UHGV virus genome: UHGV-0360783
Length of the DNA: 23,936 nucleotides
Strand: one strand, 5' to 3'
From: a virus
A model generated the notes under the pieces. The model was not told where the DNA came from. It ran no database searches and was given only the letters and a program-made list of their open reading frames with translations. This document shows, piece by piece, positions 1 to 9,190 of this stretch (positions are counted from its first letter, which is position 1; each line of letters begins with the position of its first letter). Position numbers and translations under genes: made by a program.

Positions 1-879
1 CGCACCAAGACGTTTACCCATGCCGTAGCGCGGGTGGGTCAGCATATCCCACAGACACCAGGCCATGTTGTTGCTGTATGCTGGCTTAAACGTTCCGTCC
101 CAGATACCGCTGTATTGCCGCGTCTGCGGGTTATAGTTCGATGGCACCTGCAGAATACGCCCGCGCAGATGATAATTACGGCTCACCTGCTGGCTGCCGA
201 ACTGCTCCGAGTCCACCTGCACGCCGACCAGTGCCGTGTTCGGGTAGCACTGTTTCACATCGATGATTTCGGTGTATGACGACCAGAGCGTTTTGTTCTG
301 CAGCTGGTCTGTGGTGCTGTCCGGCGTCATCCTGCGCATCCGGATATTAAACGGGCGCGGCGGCAGGTTATCCACCACCACTGAGGCCAGATACTGCGAG
401 GTGGTTTTACCCTTAATGGTGATGTCTTTTTCCGTCACCCAGCCACCGTTACGTTGTATCTGAACCAGCAGGCGGACTTCCGATGGATTCCTGTCCCCCT
501 TTGAGGTGGTTTCCACCAGTGCCTGCACACCGAAGGTAAAGCGCAGACGGTCGATGTTTGCCGACGTGATGGTGCGGGTGATCGGCGTGTCATATTTCAC
601 TTCCGTACCCAGCACCGTCTCGGAACCGGAGGATTCAAATCCCTCCGGCGGAGTCTGCTCCTGCTCACCGGCCCGGAACACCACCGTGACGCCGGATATA
701 TTGGTATTCCCCTCACTGTCCAGCACCGGCGTACTGTTCAGCAGCACGCTTTTTAATCCATCCACCGGACCTTCAACCGGCCCTTCGCTGATGGCATCGA
801 TCACACTCAGCAGCTGCGTGGACTTCAGGTTGTCCTTCGCTTCGCGCGGGGTATGCCCCTTACTGCTGCCTTTACCCAT
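1..879 (-). CDS. J: Tail tip / host-specificity protein J, N-terminal 293 codons; the 3' end lies beyond the window start
   Basis: Reverse complement of 840-879 translates MGKGSSKGHTPRE and of 1-60 gives WCLWDMLTHPRYGMGKRLGA in the same frame, both matching lambda gpJ as I remember it. The frame is open from 879 to position 1. GGAG lies upstream of the ATG. Follows I in lambda order. Confidence 0.93.
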   Translation of the reverse strand, partial: MGKGSSKGHTPREAKDNLKSTQLLSVIDAISEGPVEGPVDGLKSVLLNSTPVLDSEGNTNISGVTVVFRAGEQEQTPPEGFESSGSETVLGTEVKYDTPITRTITSANIDRLRFTFGVQALVETTSKGDRNPSEVRLLVQIQRNGGWVTEKDITIKGKTTSQYLASVVVDNLPPRPFNIRMRRMTPDSTTDQLQNKTLWSSYTEIIDVKQCYPNTALVGVQVDSEQFGSQQVSRNYHLRGRILQVPSNYNPQTRQYSGIWDGTFKPAYSNNMAWCLWDMLTHPRYGMGKRLGA

Positions 880-939
880 TCGTCATGCTCCATAAACGAT
901 AAAACCGCCCGGAGGCGGTTTCACATAAAACGTTTTTCA

Positions 940-1581
940 TCAGCGACCAATCACCACAACCTGACCACCATCACCTTCATCTGCTGTGCTGATCTCCTGA
1001 GATACCACACGTGATCCCACGCGCATTTCACCGTACAGAACGGGCAGAACATTGCCCTGGGCAACCATATTATCCAGTGAAGAAAAATAGGTGTTCTGTT
1101 TGCCGTTATCCGTTGTCTGTGTGCGGGGGGTTTTGGGTTTAGGGGCCAGCATCTGTGCAACACCGCCAAGCGTCATACTGGCACCGAGAGAAAACAGCAG
1201 ATTACTCGCCATAATTCCTACCCCCGGCATCCATATAGCAACCGCCATAACAGCCGCCCCCAGCACAGCCTGAAACACACCGCCACTTTTGGCTCCTGCC
1301 AGACGCGGCACGATATGGATCACAGCACCATTTGCCAGCGGTTCATTAAGACGGGCTGATAATTCTGTTTCACCTGTATCACGCCCGGCAATCCGTACCT
1401 GATACCAGCCGTCGCTCAGTTTCTGACGAAACGCCGGGAGCTGTGTGGCCAGCGCCCGGATGGCTTCAGCCCCCGTTTTCACACGAAGGTCGATGCGGCG
1501 ACCAAATCGTTGTAAATCCCCGTAAAGGCAGATGCGCGCCATGCCCGGTGACGCCAGAGGGAGTGTGTGCGTCGCTGCCAT
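940..1581 (-). CDS. I: Tail assembly protein I
   Basis: 213-aa ORF MAATHTLPLASPGMARICLYGDLQRF... ending ...VSQEISTADEGDGGQVVVIGR, matching lambda gpI termini. The 5' end overlaps the K 3' end by about 100 nt; the true start could be a downstream codon (for example GTG at 1482), so the start is uncertain. Confidence 0.85.
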   Translation of the reverse strand: MAATHTLPLASPGMARICLYGDLQRFGRRIDLRVKTGAEAIRALATQLPAFRQKLSDGWYQVRIAGRDTGETELSARLNEPLANGAVIHIVPRLAGAKSGGVFQAVLGAAVMAVAIWMPGVGIMASNLLFSLGASMTLGGVAQMLAPKPKTPRTQTTDNGKQNTYFSSLDNMVAQGNVLPVLYGEMRVGSRVVSQEISTADEGDGGQVVVIGR

Positions 1582-2222
1582 TTGTCGGTATACCTCTCTC
1601 GTTTGCTCAGTTGTTCAGGAATATGGTGCAGCAGCTCGCCATCACCACAGTAAATGGCGGCATGATTCGGCACCGATGAACCAAAACAGCACAGCAGCAC
1701 ATCGCCCGGTTGTGCTGATGACAACGGCACCTGATACAGCCCTGTGGCCTCCAGATTATCCAGATAGAGATTCTGACCGTGACGCCACCAGTCATCCTCG
1801 CGATGAAAATCCGGCATCTCAATCCCCGCCAGATGATAAGCATCCCGGAACAGCGTGTAACAGTCCGTCACCCCGTGCTCAAAGCGCCGCCCGGTGAGAT
1901 GCGGCACACAGCGGAACTTATGAATCGCCCCCCGGCAGACCAGCAACCACGGCAAATCACTCTGCACCTGCAGCCGCCGGTCAGCCTCACTCAGCCAGGG
2001 CAGACCACCGGGGTGGCTGTGGACCAGCGCCACAATCTCACCCTGCATTTCTGCCTGCAGCCAGTCCTCCGGAGCCATCCGGAAATAATCCTCCGGCTCA
2101 CCGGAGATATTCACGCAGGGGAAATATCTTTCCCCCTCCGGCGTGCTTACCACGAAGCCGCACGACTCCGCTGGCGCACATCGCCGGGCGTGCGCCAGAA
2201 TCGCTGATTCTGTCTCTGTCAT
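1479..2222 (-). CDS. K: Tail assembly protein K (MPN/JAB-like N-terminal and NlpC/P60-like C-terminal regions)
   Basis: ORF containing MTETESAILAHARRCAPAESCGFVV...HSHPGG... as in lambda gpK. Start chosen at the MTETES methionine (2222), 4 nt after the L stop; the track ORF extends 14 codons further upstream. Confidence 0.85.
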   Translation of the reverse strand: MTETESAILAHARRCAPAESCGFVVSTPEGERYFPCVNISGEPEDYFRMAPEDWLQAEMQGEIVALVHSHPGGLPWLSEADRRLQVQSDLPWLLVCRGAIHKFRCVPHLTGRRFEHGVTDCYTLFRDAYHLAGIEMPDFHREDDWWRHGQNLYLDNLEATGLYQVPLSSAQPGDVLLCCFGSSVPNHAAIYCGDGELLHHIPEQLSKRERYTDKWQRRTHSLWRHRAWRASAFTGIYNDLVAASTFV

Positions 2223-2226
2223 GGGA

Positions 2227-2925
2227 TTACTGCGAAAGTTTGTTAATGGAAAGGAAGCCGCCAAAGTTGCCGACGTTATTGCGGAACTTACAACCGCTCA
2301 GGCATTTGCTGCATTTATCCTTCGTGATATCGGACGTTGGCTGGTCATATTCATCCGCGACCGCCGGACCGTGATAACCGCACTCATCGCCGCGATAGGT
2401 CCAGGTGCAGGTGTTGGCCAGCATGATACGTCCCGGAAAAACAGCGCCGTCCGTTTCCGTCGGCGTGGACAGTACAAAAGAGGCACTCACCGCGCTCAGT
2501 TCGCTGCACTGCTCAATGCGCCAGCGGCTGATCACCTCCTGCTCCGGATCGGCGTCTCTGTTTCCGTTGACGAAGTTCACCGCATCCAGAAAACGGGCAT
2601 AAACCTTACGCCTGACCACCGTTCCGCCGACCAGACTCTGCAGATCTTCCGCCATCCCGGTGACCATGCCATACAGGTTAGAAACCGTCAGCGTGGGGCG
2701 CGTACTGGTGCCTTTGCCATTCAGTTCGAAACCACTCCCCTGAATGGGATACGCCTGATACTGTCGCCCCTGCCAGGTGACCGGCTCACCTTTTTCGTTC
2801 TGCTCATTACAGAAAAAATAACGTTCTCCACCAACCTCTGTCAGATCGATTTCCCAGAGCACCACGCTGGCAGACTGCTCCGCACGGGTGCATTCATTCA
2901 GTGTTTCCTGTCGGATATCCTGCAT
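2227..2925 (-). CDS. L: Minor tail protein L
   Basis: 232-aa ORF MQDIRQETLNECTRAEQSASVVLWEIDLTEVGGERYFFCNEQ..., same length and sequence character as lambda gpL. Lambda gene order M-L-K. Confidence 0.93.
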   Translation of the reverse strand: MQDIRQETLNECTRAEQSASVVLWEIDLTEVGGERYFFCNEQNEKGEPVTWQGRQYQAYPIQGSGFELNGKGTSTRPTLTVSNLYGMVTGMAEDLQSLVGGTVVRRKVYARFLDAVNFVNGNRDADPEQEVISRWRIEQCSELSAVSASFVLSTPTETDGAVFPGRIMLANTCTWTYRGDECGYHGPAVADEYDQPTSDITKDKCSKCLSGCKFRNNVGNFGGFLSINKLSQ

Positions 2926-3254
2926 CAGTTCACCACCTGTTCAAACTCTGCGCTGAACTCAACACGCAACATACTGACCCGCGACGACCATTTTGCGCAG
3001 GTCACCTTTATCTGCCGGTAGCCATAAGGCGGCGTCCACAGAAAGGCCTTCCAGCCCCCGTGCTCAGCCAGAAACGACTCCAGCGCCGCGGCCTCCCAAC
3101 GGGGAACAGAAAGCGTCACGCTGTACGTTTTCAGGTCAGTGTTCAGCCCGGCAGGCGCTCGCTGGGAATAGCCATCACCAAAGCGCACCTTTCTTACGGA
3201 AGGGGCCGAAGCCACATCCATACCGGGTTTCACTTTCCAGCGGAAGGTTTTCAT
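2925..3254 (-). CDS. M: Minor tail protein M
   Basis: 109-aa ORF MKTFRWKVKPGMDVASAPSVRKVRFGDGYSQRAPAGLN... matching lambda gpM in length and sequence. 4-nt overlap with the H stop. Confidence 0.93.
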   Translation of the reverse strand: MKTFRWKVKPGMDVASAPSVRKVRFGDGYSQRAPAGLNTDLKTYSVTLSVPRWEAAALESFLAEHGGWKAFLWTPPYGYRQIKVTCAKWSSRVSMLRVEFSAEFEQVVN

Positions 3255-5812
3255 CGTCCACCTCCGGAGAACAGACCACCATCGCGCATCTGCCCGGTCA
3301 CAACATCCATTGCCGCCTTACGGGCTACGTCATAAACAGCCTTCAGCGCCTGTGGCCCTATCTGACCGTTCGTGCCGTCGTTGTTAATCACCACATGGTT
3401 ATTCTGCTCAAACTTCCCGGACGCCTGCGACCGGCTGTCCGCCATGCTGCCCGGTGTACCGACATAACCACCGGTGGCATAGCCGCGCATCAGCCGGTAG
3501 AGATTCCCCACGCCAATCCGGCTGGTTGCCTCCTTCGTGAAGACAAATTCACCGCGGTGAACAATCCCCGCAGGCTCATATTTGCCGCCGGTTCCCGTAA
3601 ATCCCCCGGTCGCAAAATGGAATTTCGCCGCAGCTGCCTGAATGGCTGTACCGCCTGACGCTGATGCGTCACCACCGACAGCACCGCCAATGACACTGCC
3701 CACACTCCCGACGATCCCCACCATTGCCTGCTTAAGCAGAATTTCTGTCATCATGGACAGCACGGAACGGGTGAAGCTGCGCCAGTTCTGCTCACTGCCG
3801 GTCAGCATCGCCGCCATATTCTGTGCAATGCCATCAAAGGTCTGCGTGGCTGCACTTTTTACCTGCGACATACTGTCTGTGGCACTCTCTTTCCACTCGC
3901 TCCAGCCGGACTTCAGGCCAGCCATCCAGCTCCCACGAAGCAGGTCTTCAGCCGCCCAGGTCTTTTTCTGCTCTGACATGACGTTATTTAGCGCCAGCGG
4001 ATTATCGCCATACTGCTCCTTCAGACGCTGTTCCGTGGCGTCCCGCGCTGCCTGCCGGTCAGTAAGCCCCCGGTTTTTCGCCTCAATGGCTGCCCGTTTT
4101 GCCCGTTGTTGCTGTGCGAACTTATCCGCCTGCTGCGCCAGCGCGTTCAGGTGCTCCTGATACGTGACCTTATCGCCAAGTACAGCCAGCTGGCGTTTGT
4201 ACTCCAGCGTCTCATCTTTATGCGCCAGCAGGGATTTCTCCTGTGCGGATAGCTGGCGACGTTGTGCCGCCTCCTCCAGTACCGCGAACTGATTTTCCGC
4301 CTTCCACAAATCCCGGCGCTGCTGGCTGATTTTCTCATTTGCTCCGGCATGCTTCTCCAGCGTCCGGAGTTCAGCCTGAAGCGTCAGCAGGGCAGCATGA
4401 GCACTGTCTTCCTGACGATCGCCCGCAGACACCTTCACGCCGGACTGTTTCGGCTTTTTCAGCGTCGCTTCATAGTCCTTTTTCGCCGCCGCCATCAGCG
4501 TGTTGTAATCTGCCTGCAGAATTTTCCCGTCCTTCAGTGCCTTGTTCAGTTCTTCCTGACGGGCGGTATATTTCTCCAGCGGCGTCTGCAGCCGTTCGTA
4601 AGCCTTCTGCGCCTCTTCGGTATATTTCAGCCGTGACGCTTCGGTATCGCTCTGCTGCTGCGCATTTTTGTCCTGTTGACTCTGCTGTTCAGCCTTCTTT
4701 CTCACGGCTTCAAGCGCAAGACGGGCCTTTTCACGATCATCCCAGTAACGCGCCCGCGCTTCATCGTTAACAAAATAATCATCCTTGCGCAGACTCCAGA
4801 TGTCGTCCGCTTTCTTAAACGCAGCCTCTGCCTTAATCAGCATCTCCTGCGCGGTATCAGGACGACCAATATCCAGCACCGCATCCCACATGGATTTGAA
4901 TGCCCGCGCTGTCCTGTCTGCCCAGGTCTCCAGCGTACCCATGTTCTCTTTCAGGCGGCGGGTCTGGTCATCAAACCCTTTCGTCGCGGCCTCGTTCGCC
5001 GCCTGCAATGCCCCGGCTTCATCGCCGGAACGCTGCAACTGAGCAACATACGCAATCTGCTCCGCCGTCACGTTATGGAACTGGCGTGCCATCGTTGTCA
5101 GCCCTGACGTCGGGTCTGTGGTCAGCTTCCCGAAGGCTTCAGCGACCTTGTCCACCTCCACGCCGGATGCAGAGGAGAAACGCGCCACACTCTGGCTGAT
5201 GGATGCAATCTGAGCCTCACCGCTTACTCCCGCCTTAACCAGTGCGCTGAGTGACTCGCTGGTCTGGTTAAACGTCAGCCCTGCCGCCTGCCCGGCTCTG
5301 GACAGGACCAGCATGCGATCTGCCGTCAGACCTGACTGATGACCGGAAAGGACCAGCGTTTTGTTGAAATCGGACAGGGTTGAGTTGCCCTGATACCAGG
5401 CATACGCCAGCGCACCGGTCGCCACCGCCAGCGAGGTGGCCCCGACCATCGGCAGGGTGATCGCACCGGCAAGCCCCCTGAACATGGGGATCATCCCGCC
5501 GAAGGAGTCCTTAACCTGCCCCCCCTGTTGCAGCAGGATCAGCCACGGACTTTGCCCGCCTGCAAGCTGCGTGGCCACGTCGGTGAACTGTGCAGGAAGC
5601 ATACGCATGGCGGCTTTATACTGTCCGACGGAAATCCCCGCTTTCTGTGCAGCCAGCGCCTGCCGGTTCATTGACTGTTCAACGACTGCCGCTGTTTTTT
5701 TCGCATCACTTTCCGTACCGGAAAAATGACGCCTGACTCTGGCCATCTGCTCGTCAAATCTGGCCGCATCCAGACTCAAATCAACGACCAGATCGCCTAC
5801 CGGTTCAGCCAT
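3251..5812 (-). CDS. H: Tail tape measure protein H
   Basis: 853-aa ORF, the lambda gpH length, with a long coiled-coil-like central region rich in A/Q/K/E/R and a Gly-rich C-terminal part. Position between G/T and M. Confidence 0.95.
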   Translation of the reverse strand: MAEPVGDLVVDLSLDAARFDEQMARVRRHFSGTESDAKKTAAVVEQSMNRQALAAQKAGISVGQYKAAMRMLPAQFTDVATQLAGGQSPWLILLQQGGQVKDSFGGMIPMFRGLAGAITLPMVGATSLAVATGALAYAWYQGNSTLSDFNKTLVLSGHQSGLTADRMLVLSRAGQAAGLTFNQTSESLSALVKAGVSGEAQIASISQSVARFSSASGVEVDKVAEAFGKLTTDPTSGLTTMARQFHNVTAEQIAYVAQLQRSGDEAGALQAANEAATKGFDDQTRRLKENMGTLETWADRTARAFKSMWDAVLDIGRPDTAQEMLIKAEAAFKKADDIWSLRKDDYFVNDEARARYWDDREKARLALEAVRKKAEQQSQQDKNAQQQSDTEASRLKYTEEAQKAYERLQTPLEKYTARQEELNKALKDGKILQADYNTLMAAAKKDYEATLKKPKQSGVKVSAGDRQEDSAHAALLTLQAELRTLEKHAGANEKISQQRRDLWKAENQFAVLEEAAQRRQLSAQEKSLLAHKDETLEYKRQLAVLGDKVTYQEHLNALAQQADKFAQQQRAKRAAIEAKNRGLTDRQAARDATEQRLKEQYGDNPLALNNVMSEQKKTWAAEDLLRGSWMAGLKSGWSEWKESATDSMSQVKSAATQTFDGIAQNMAAMLTGSEQNWRSFTRSVLSMMTEILLKQAMVGIVGSVGSVIGGAVGGDASASGGTAIQAAAAKFHFATGGFTGTGGKYEPAGIVHRGEFVFTKEATSRIGVGNLYRLMRGYATGGYVGTPGSMADSRSQASGKFEQNNHVVINNDGTNGQIGPQALKAVYDVARKAAMDVVTGQMRDGGLFSGGGR

Positions 5813-6239
5813 ACCGGACTCCTCCTGCGATCCCTTCTGATACTGTCATCAGCATTACGTCATCCTCCGTCATGTCCGCCACATCCGGGGAAGCGGGGAT
5901 AACTTCATTCCCGTCCGGGCCAAAGCGGACACCTCCGGCAAGCCCTGCCGCTTTCTGCATCAGCACATCATCTTCAGGCTCTTCGTCAGCCTCGCGCCGG
6001 TTCAGCAGACTGAAATCCAGCGGATGCATATCCGGATCGCTGAAAAACAGGCTGAGTACGGTGTACGTCAGCCCGGAAAAGTGCATATCCAGCAGAACAT
6101 CATGAAAATAATGGGTACTGTAAAAGCGGTGCCAGTCGGCATACTCCGTGGATGACATCCCGGCAAGCATGGCACGCCAGTCGGGTCGCCCCATCTCGCG
6201 CGCCAGTTTCAGGGCAAAACTCAGCTCACCGTCGAACAC
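5805..6239 (-). CDS. T: T segment of the tail assembly chaperone, expressed as a G-T fusion by -1 programmed frameshift
   Basis: ORF in the -1 frame relative to G reading (V)FDGELSFALKLAREMGRPDWRAMLAGMS..., beginning exactly at the GGGAAAG heptamer. Matches the lambda G-T arrangement. Confidence 0.8.
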   Translation of the reverse strand: MFDGELSFALKLAREMGRPDWRAMLAGMSSTEYADWHRFYSTHYFHDVLLDMHFSGLTYTVLSLFFSDPDMHPLDFSLLNRREADEEPEDDVLMQKAAGLAGGVRFGPDGNEVIPASPDVADMTEDDVMLMTVSEGIAGGVRYG

Positions 6240-6643
6240 TTTCCCGCAGAAACAGGCTCTGCAGGCCCGGCGTCATCTGCCTGTTCAGGAGCATCATTCA
6301 CCACAAACTCATACATACCGGACAGCCGGTACACCACGTTTTCAGCATGAGAAATTGCCTCCGTGGGCCAGGTGGTAAGCACTTCCTGCTCAATCTGTTT
6401 AACGGCTTCATTCATGGAAGGCAGCTTTGTCTTCTGCGGATGGTTATGCCACAGGGACATCGCCACCACAAAAGCGCCGGTTCTGATGGCGTCTTCCACA
6501 GTAAACTTCCGGTTGCTGTCTGACTCCGCCTGTTCTGCCTGTCGTTTCATCAGGGCGAGATGCTCAATACGCTGCAGGGCTGACAGTTCAGAAAGCGTGA
6601 CGGTCACACCGTTATGTTCAAATGATTCGGTTTTCAGGAACAT
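6221..6643 (-). CDS. G: Tail assembly chaperone G
   Basis: 140-aa ORF MFLKTESFEHNGVTVTLSELSALQRIEHLALMKRQ... ending ...SAGKCSTVS. Slippery heptamer 6 codons before its stop. Confidence 0.92.
   Translation of the reverse strand: MFLKTESFEHNGVTVTLSELSALQRIEHLALMKRQAEQAESDSNRKFTVEDAIRTGAFVVAMSLWHNHPQKTKLPSMNEAVKQIEQEVLTTWPTEAISHAENVVYRLSGMYEFVVNDAPEQADDAGPAEPVSAGKCSTVS
6239..6245 (-). promoter_or_regulatory. -1 programmed ribosomal frameshift slippery heptamer G GGA AAG (G to G-T)
   Basis: Plus-strand CTTTCCC at 6239-6245 is GGGAAAG on the coding strand. G frame reads GCG GGA AAG (A-G-K); the shifted frame continues into the T ORF. Confidence 0.75.
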
Positions 6644-6658
6644 CGCTGACTCTCCGGA

Positions 6659-7399
6659 TTAACTGGCGGTAACGTTGATTTCTGCAACCGCAGCAAGTTC
6701 ACCATTACCGGATACGACCGGAATGTTGACCTTGCCTGCAGCAACACCTTTCACGGTGATGGTCATACCACTGACCGACACGGTGGCTTTTGTTTTATCC
6801 GCAGACACCGCACGGAAGCTCTTGTCGGTTGCGCCTTCCGGCTGGAATGCCACGGTCAGCGTGGTGCTCTGCCCTTTCACCACCGAGGTGCTGGCAGGCG
6901 TCACGGTCATGCCGGTTGCCGCTGTGACCGTGCTGCGATCTTCTGCCATCGACGGGCGTCCCACATTGGTGACCTTCACCGTGCGGGTGATCACTTCCTT
7001 CGCCGTCACCGCTTTACCGATACTGCTGACCCAGCCACGGAACACATCGACCGTGCCGTTCGGGAAGCGGATTTTATAGGCACGGGTATCACCTTCATTA
7101 AACCACGCCAGCAGCGCCTGCTGCCCCTGCTCTCCGGGCATCCACGCCAGCGTGAAGCTGGTATCTCCGGCTGATTTCTGCCCCTGTCCGGTCGCAGTCC
7201 AGTCCGCATCTTCATCATCGAGATAGCTGTCGTCATAGGACTCAGCGGTCAGTTCGCCGGGCGTCAGGTCTTTAACTTTTGCCAGACGCGACCAGTCCAC
7301 GTCTGAAAGCGGGTTCGCATAAGGGTCACCGTTCCCCTTATAAACCCACAGTGTGGTCCCGGCACCTTTCACCGGCATTGTAGGATTTGGTACAGGCAT
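6659..7399 (-). CDS. V: Major tail tube protein V with C-terminal Ig-like domain
   Basis: Sequence from [22 protein letters not shown]... to ...AEINVTAS matches lambda gpV. Start set at the internal Met (7399), which has a GAGGA RBS; the track ORF begins 10 codons upstream. Confidence 0.93.
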   Translation of the reverse strand: MPVPNPTMPVKGAGTTLWVYKGNGDPYANPLSDVDWSRLAKVKDLTPGELTAESYDDSYLDDEDADWTATGQGQKSAGDTSFTLAWMPGEQGQQALLAWFNEGDTRAYKIRFPNGTVDVFRGWVSSIGKAVTAKEVITRTVKVTNVGRPSMAEDRSTVTAATGMTVTPASTSVVKGQSTTLTVAFQPEGATDKSFRAVSADKTKATVSVSGMTITVKGVAAGKVNIPVVSGNGELAAVAEINVTAS

Positions 7400-7406
7400 A
7401 GCGTCC

Positions 7407-7802
7407 TCACATTTCATAGGTAATGACATAAGTCAGATCGGCTGAACTCCACAGGCCCGCATCATCGTCGCGCCGGTAGTCATAGCCGCTGGCCACCATA
7501 CTGGTGATCAAATCTGACAGTGCCGGGATATCGCTCATCACCGGATAAATCCGGGACTCCATCCACGCATCCAGCTCTGAATCCGGCACCTGAGCAGGCA
7601 GGAAAACTTCGATATGCAGCTCCGCCTGCCAGGTATCGCTGTCCAGCTCTTCGCCCGTGTATTCAGCGCCGGTGAGATAAACGGCAACTGCCGGAAAATC
7701 CGCCTCATCAAAAACAGCGGGGCGACCATCAAAAAACGTCGCCCCGGTGTCATGCTTCTCCAGTGCATCCAGTACGGCTGCACGGAGTTCAGTATGTTTC
7801 AT
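7407..7802 (-). CDS. U: Tail terminator protein U
   Basis: 131-aa [40 protein letters not shown]..., lambda gpU length and sequence. Confidence 0.93.
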   Translation of the reverse strand: MKHTELRAAVLDALEKHDTGATFFDGRPAVFDEADFPAVAVYLTGAEYTGEELDSDTWQAELHIEVFLPAQVPDSELDAWMESRIYPVMSDIPALSDLITSMVASGYDYRRDDDAGLWSSADLTYVITYEM

Positions 7803-8377
7803 CGCTTTATTACCATCCTCAGTTGATGCTGCAGCGCATAGCCCAGCTCTTTCGGAAGACGTTCACGCCGTATCCGCTCAATATTTTGTTTAAACGCCGT
7901 GGTCAGCGGCACCGCCATCGGGATTTTCACCACATCAATGGGGTAACGGTTTTTCCCGGCCACACGCTGCATGACATGCCACCGGCCATTTTTCAGTTGC
8001 TGAATAAACGCGCCGGGAATACGACGGTTACCCACCACAAGCACGCTGCCGCCACCTTTCAGGGATGAACGCTGCCCCTTTTTACGACGCCTGCGGCGCG
8101 AAAGGACAACCCGCGCGTTACCCAGCCTGATTACGGGCAAATCCCCCCGGTTAACCTTGATTCTGGCCTGCGGATTTTTGACCGTGGCCCTTTTCAGCCT
8201 GGCCCTTTCCTTTACCAGTTTCCGGCGTACCTTTGTCTCACGGGCAACCTGTGACGCCGACTGCGATATCGCGGATGAAGCAACGCGGTTAATGGCCATT
8301 GCGGCGGCACCAGGCACCGCCGTTCTGCTGATACGGCTGAGGTTTTCAATGGCCTGCTCAAGACCTTTTATGGCCAT
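7799..8377 (-). CDS. Z: Tail completion protein Z
   Basis: 192-aa ORF MAIKGLEQAIENLSRISRTAVPGAAAMAINRVASS..., lambda gpZ length. 4-nt overlap with the U start. Confidence 0.93.
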   Translation of the reverse strand: MAIKGLEQAIENLSRISRTAVPGAAAMAINRVASSAISQSASQVARETKVRRKLVKERARLKRATVKNPQARIKVNRGDLPVIRLGNARVVLSRRRRRKKGQRSSLKGGGSVLVVGNRRIPGAFIQQLKNGRWHVMQRVAGKNRYPIDVVKIPMAVPLTTAFKQNIERIRRERLPKELGYALQHQLRMVIKR

Positions 8378-8388
8378 ACATCCCCCCT

Positions 8389-8742
8389 TCAGCGGCGACG
8401 GTTAACGGCAGGCGGTACGCCCCGCCCAAGCCAGAGATGACAGCTTCCACCATCATCCGGCGAAACCCGGTCTATCCAGAAGTTTTCCTCACCGATGGTC
8501 AGCGTGTCTCCACGCCGCAGCTGCCGCACATCATCAGTCCGGACAAACAGGGACGGGCTGGAGCCTTCAACGCGCACGCCCTGTCCGGCATAGCTGATAT
8601 TTTCAGGGTCATCAAAAACACCACGTATTACTGCGCCGGACTGCTCACCGGATGTCATGGTGGCTGACGTTCCCATGTACCCGCGTATCGTTTCATCGGC
8701 GCGAACAATGGCAGCATCGAACAGGTTATCGAAATCAGCCAC
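8389..8742 (-). CDS. FII: Head-tail joining protein FII
   Basis: 117-aa ORF MADFDNLFDAAIVRADETIRGYMGTSATMTSGEQ..., lambda gpFII length and sequence. Confidence 0.9.
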   Translation of the reverse strand: MADFDNLFDAAIVRADETIRGYMGTSATMTSGEQSGAVIRGVFDDPENISYAGQGVRVEGSSPSLFVRTDDVRQLRRGDTLTIGEENFWIDRVSPDDGGSCHLWLGRGVPPAVNRRR

Positions 8743-8753
8743 AGCGCCTCCCG

Positions 8754-9149
8754 TTATTGCATTCTGGCCAGGCCGCGCTCTGTCATTTCGGCTGCCACAC
8801 CGGCAGAGACACGAAACGCCGTTCCCGGCAGCACAAATGCCACAGGTTCATCCCGCGTGGCGTGAAGTGCATCAGTATGCAGCGTCACCAGTGCCACGAC
8901 CGTGACCAGAGCAGCCGTATCAGTCACGGTATCCGGCTGCGCTGATACCACCTCATTTTCATGTCCGGTCAGCGCATTTTCCGGGTTGACAGATGTGTCC
9001 TGACCGGCAGCGTCATCCGTGTCATCAAGCTCCTCTTCCAGCTCTGCCACACGGAGTGCCAGTTCTTCTTTCGTCCCCGTCAGGCTGACATCACGGTTCA
9101 GTTGCTCACCCAGCGAGCGGAGACGGGCAATCAGCTCATCTTTCGTCAT
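8754..9149 (-). CDS. FI: DNA packaging / head assembly protein FI
   Basis: Contains MTKDELIARLRSLGEQLNRDVSLTGTKEELALRVAELEEELDD... as in lambda gpFI. Start set at the MTKDE methionine; the track ORF has 13 extra N-terminal codons. Confidence 0.85.
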   Translation of the reverse strand: MTKDELIARLRSLGEQLNRDVSLTGTKEELALRVAELEEELDDTDDAAGQDTSVNPENALTGHENEVVSAQPDTVTDTAALVTVVALVTLHTDALHATRDEPVAFVLPGTAFRVSAGVAAEMTERGLARMQ

Positions 9150-9190
9150 GGACTCCTCCACAGAGAAACAATGGCCCCGAAGGGCCATGA

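Noticed and set aside
34-895. Plus-strand ORFs 34-279, 263-463 and 506-895
   Set aside because: They lie antisense within the J coding region, whose minus-strand frame matches lambda J.
2143-3021. 292-aa plus-strand ORF overlapping L and M
   Set aside because: Antisense to two lambda tail genes with conserved lengths; no recognisable protein features.
3642-5199. Several plus-strand ORFs of 85-172 aa inside the H gene (3642-4160, 4262-4636, 4339-4770, 4676-5107, 4785-5042, 4900-5199)
   Set aside because: They are antisense to the well-supported 853-aa tape measure gene in GC-rich sequence, overlap one another, and have low-complexity Ala/Ser/Arg/Pro-rich translations; they look like chance ORFs.
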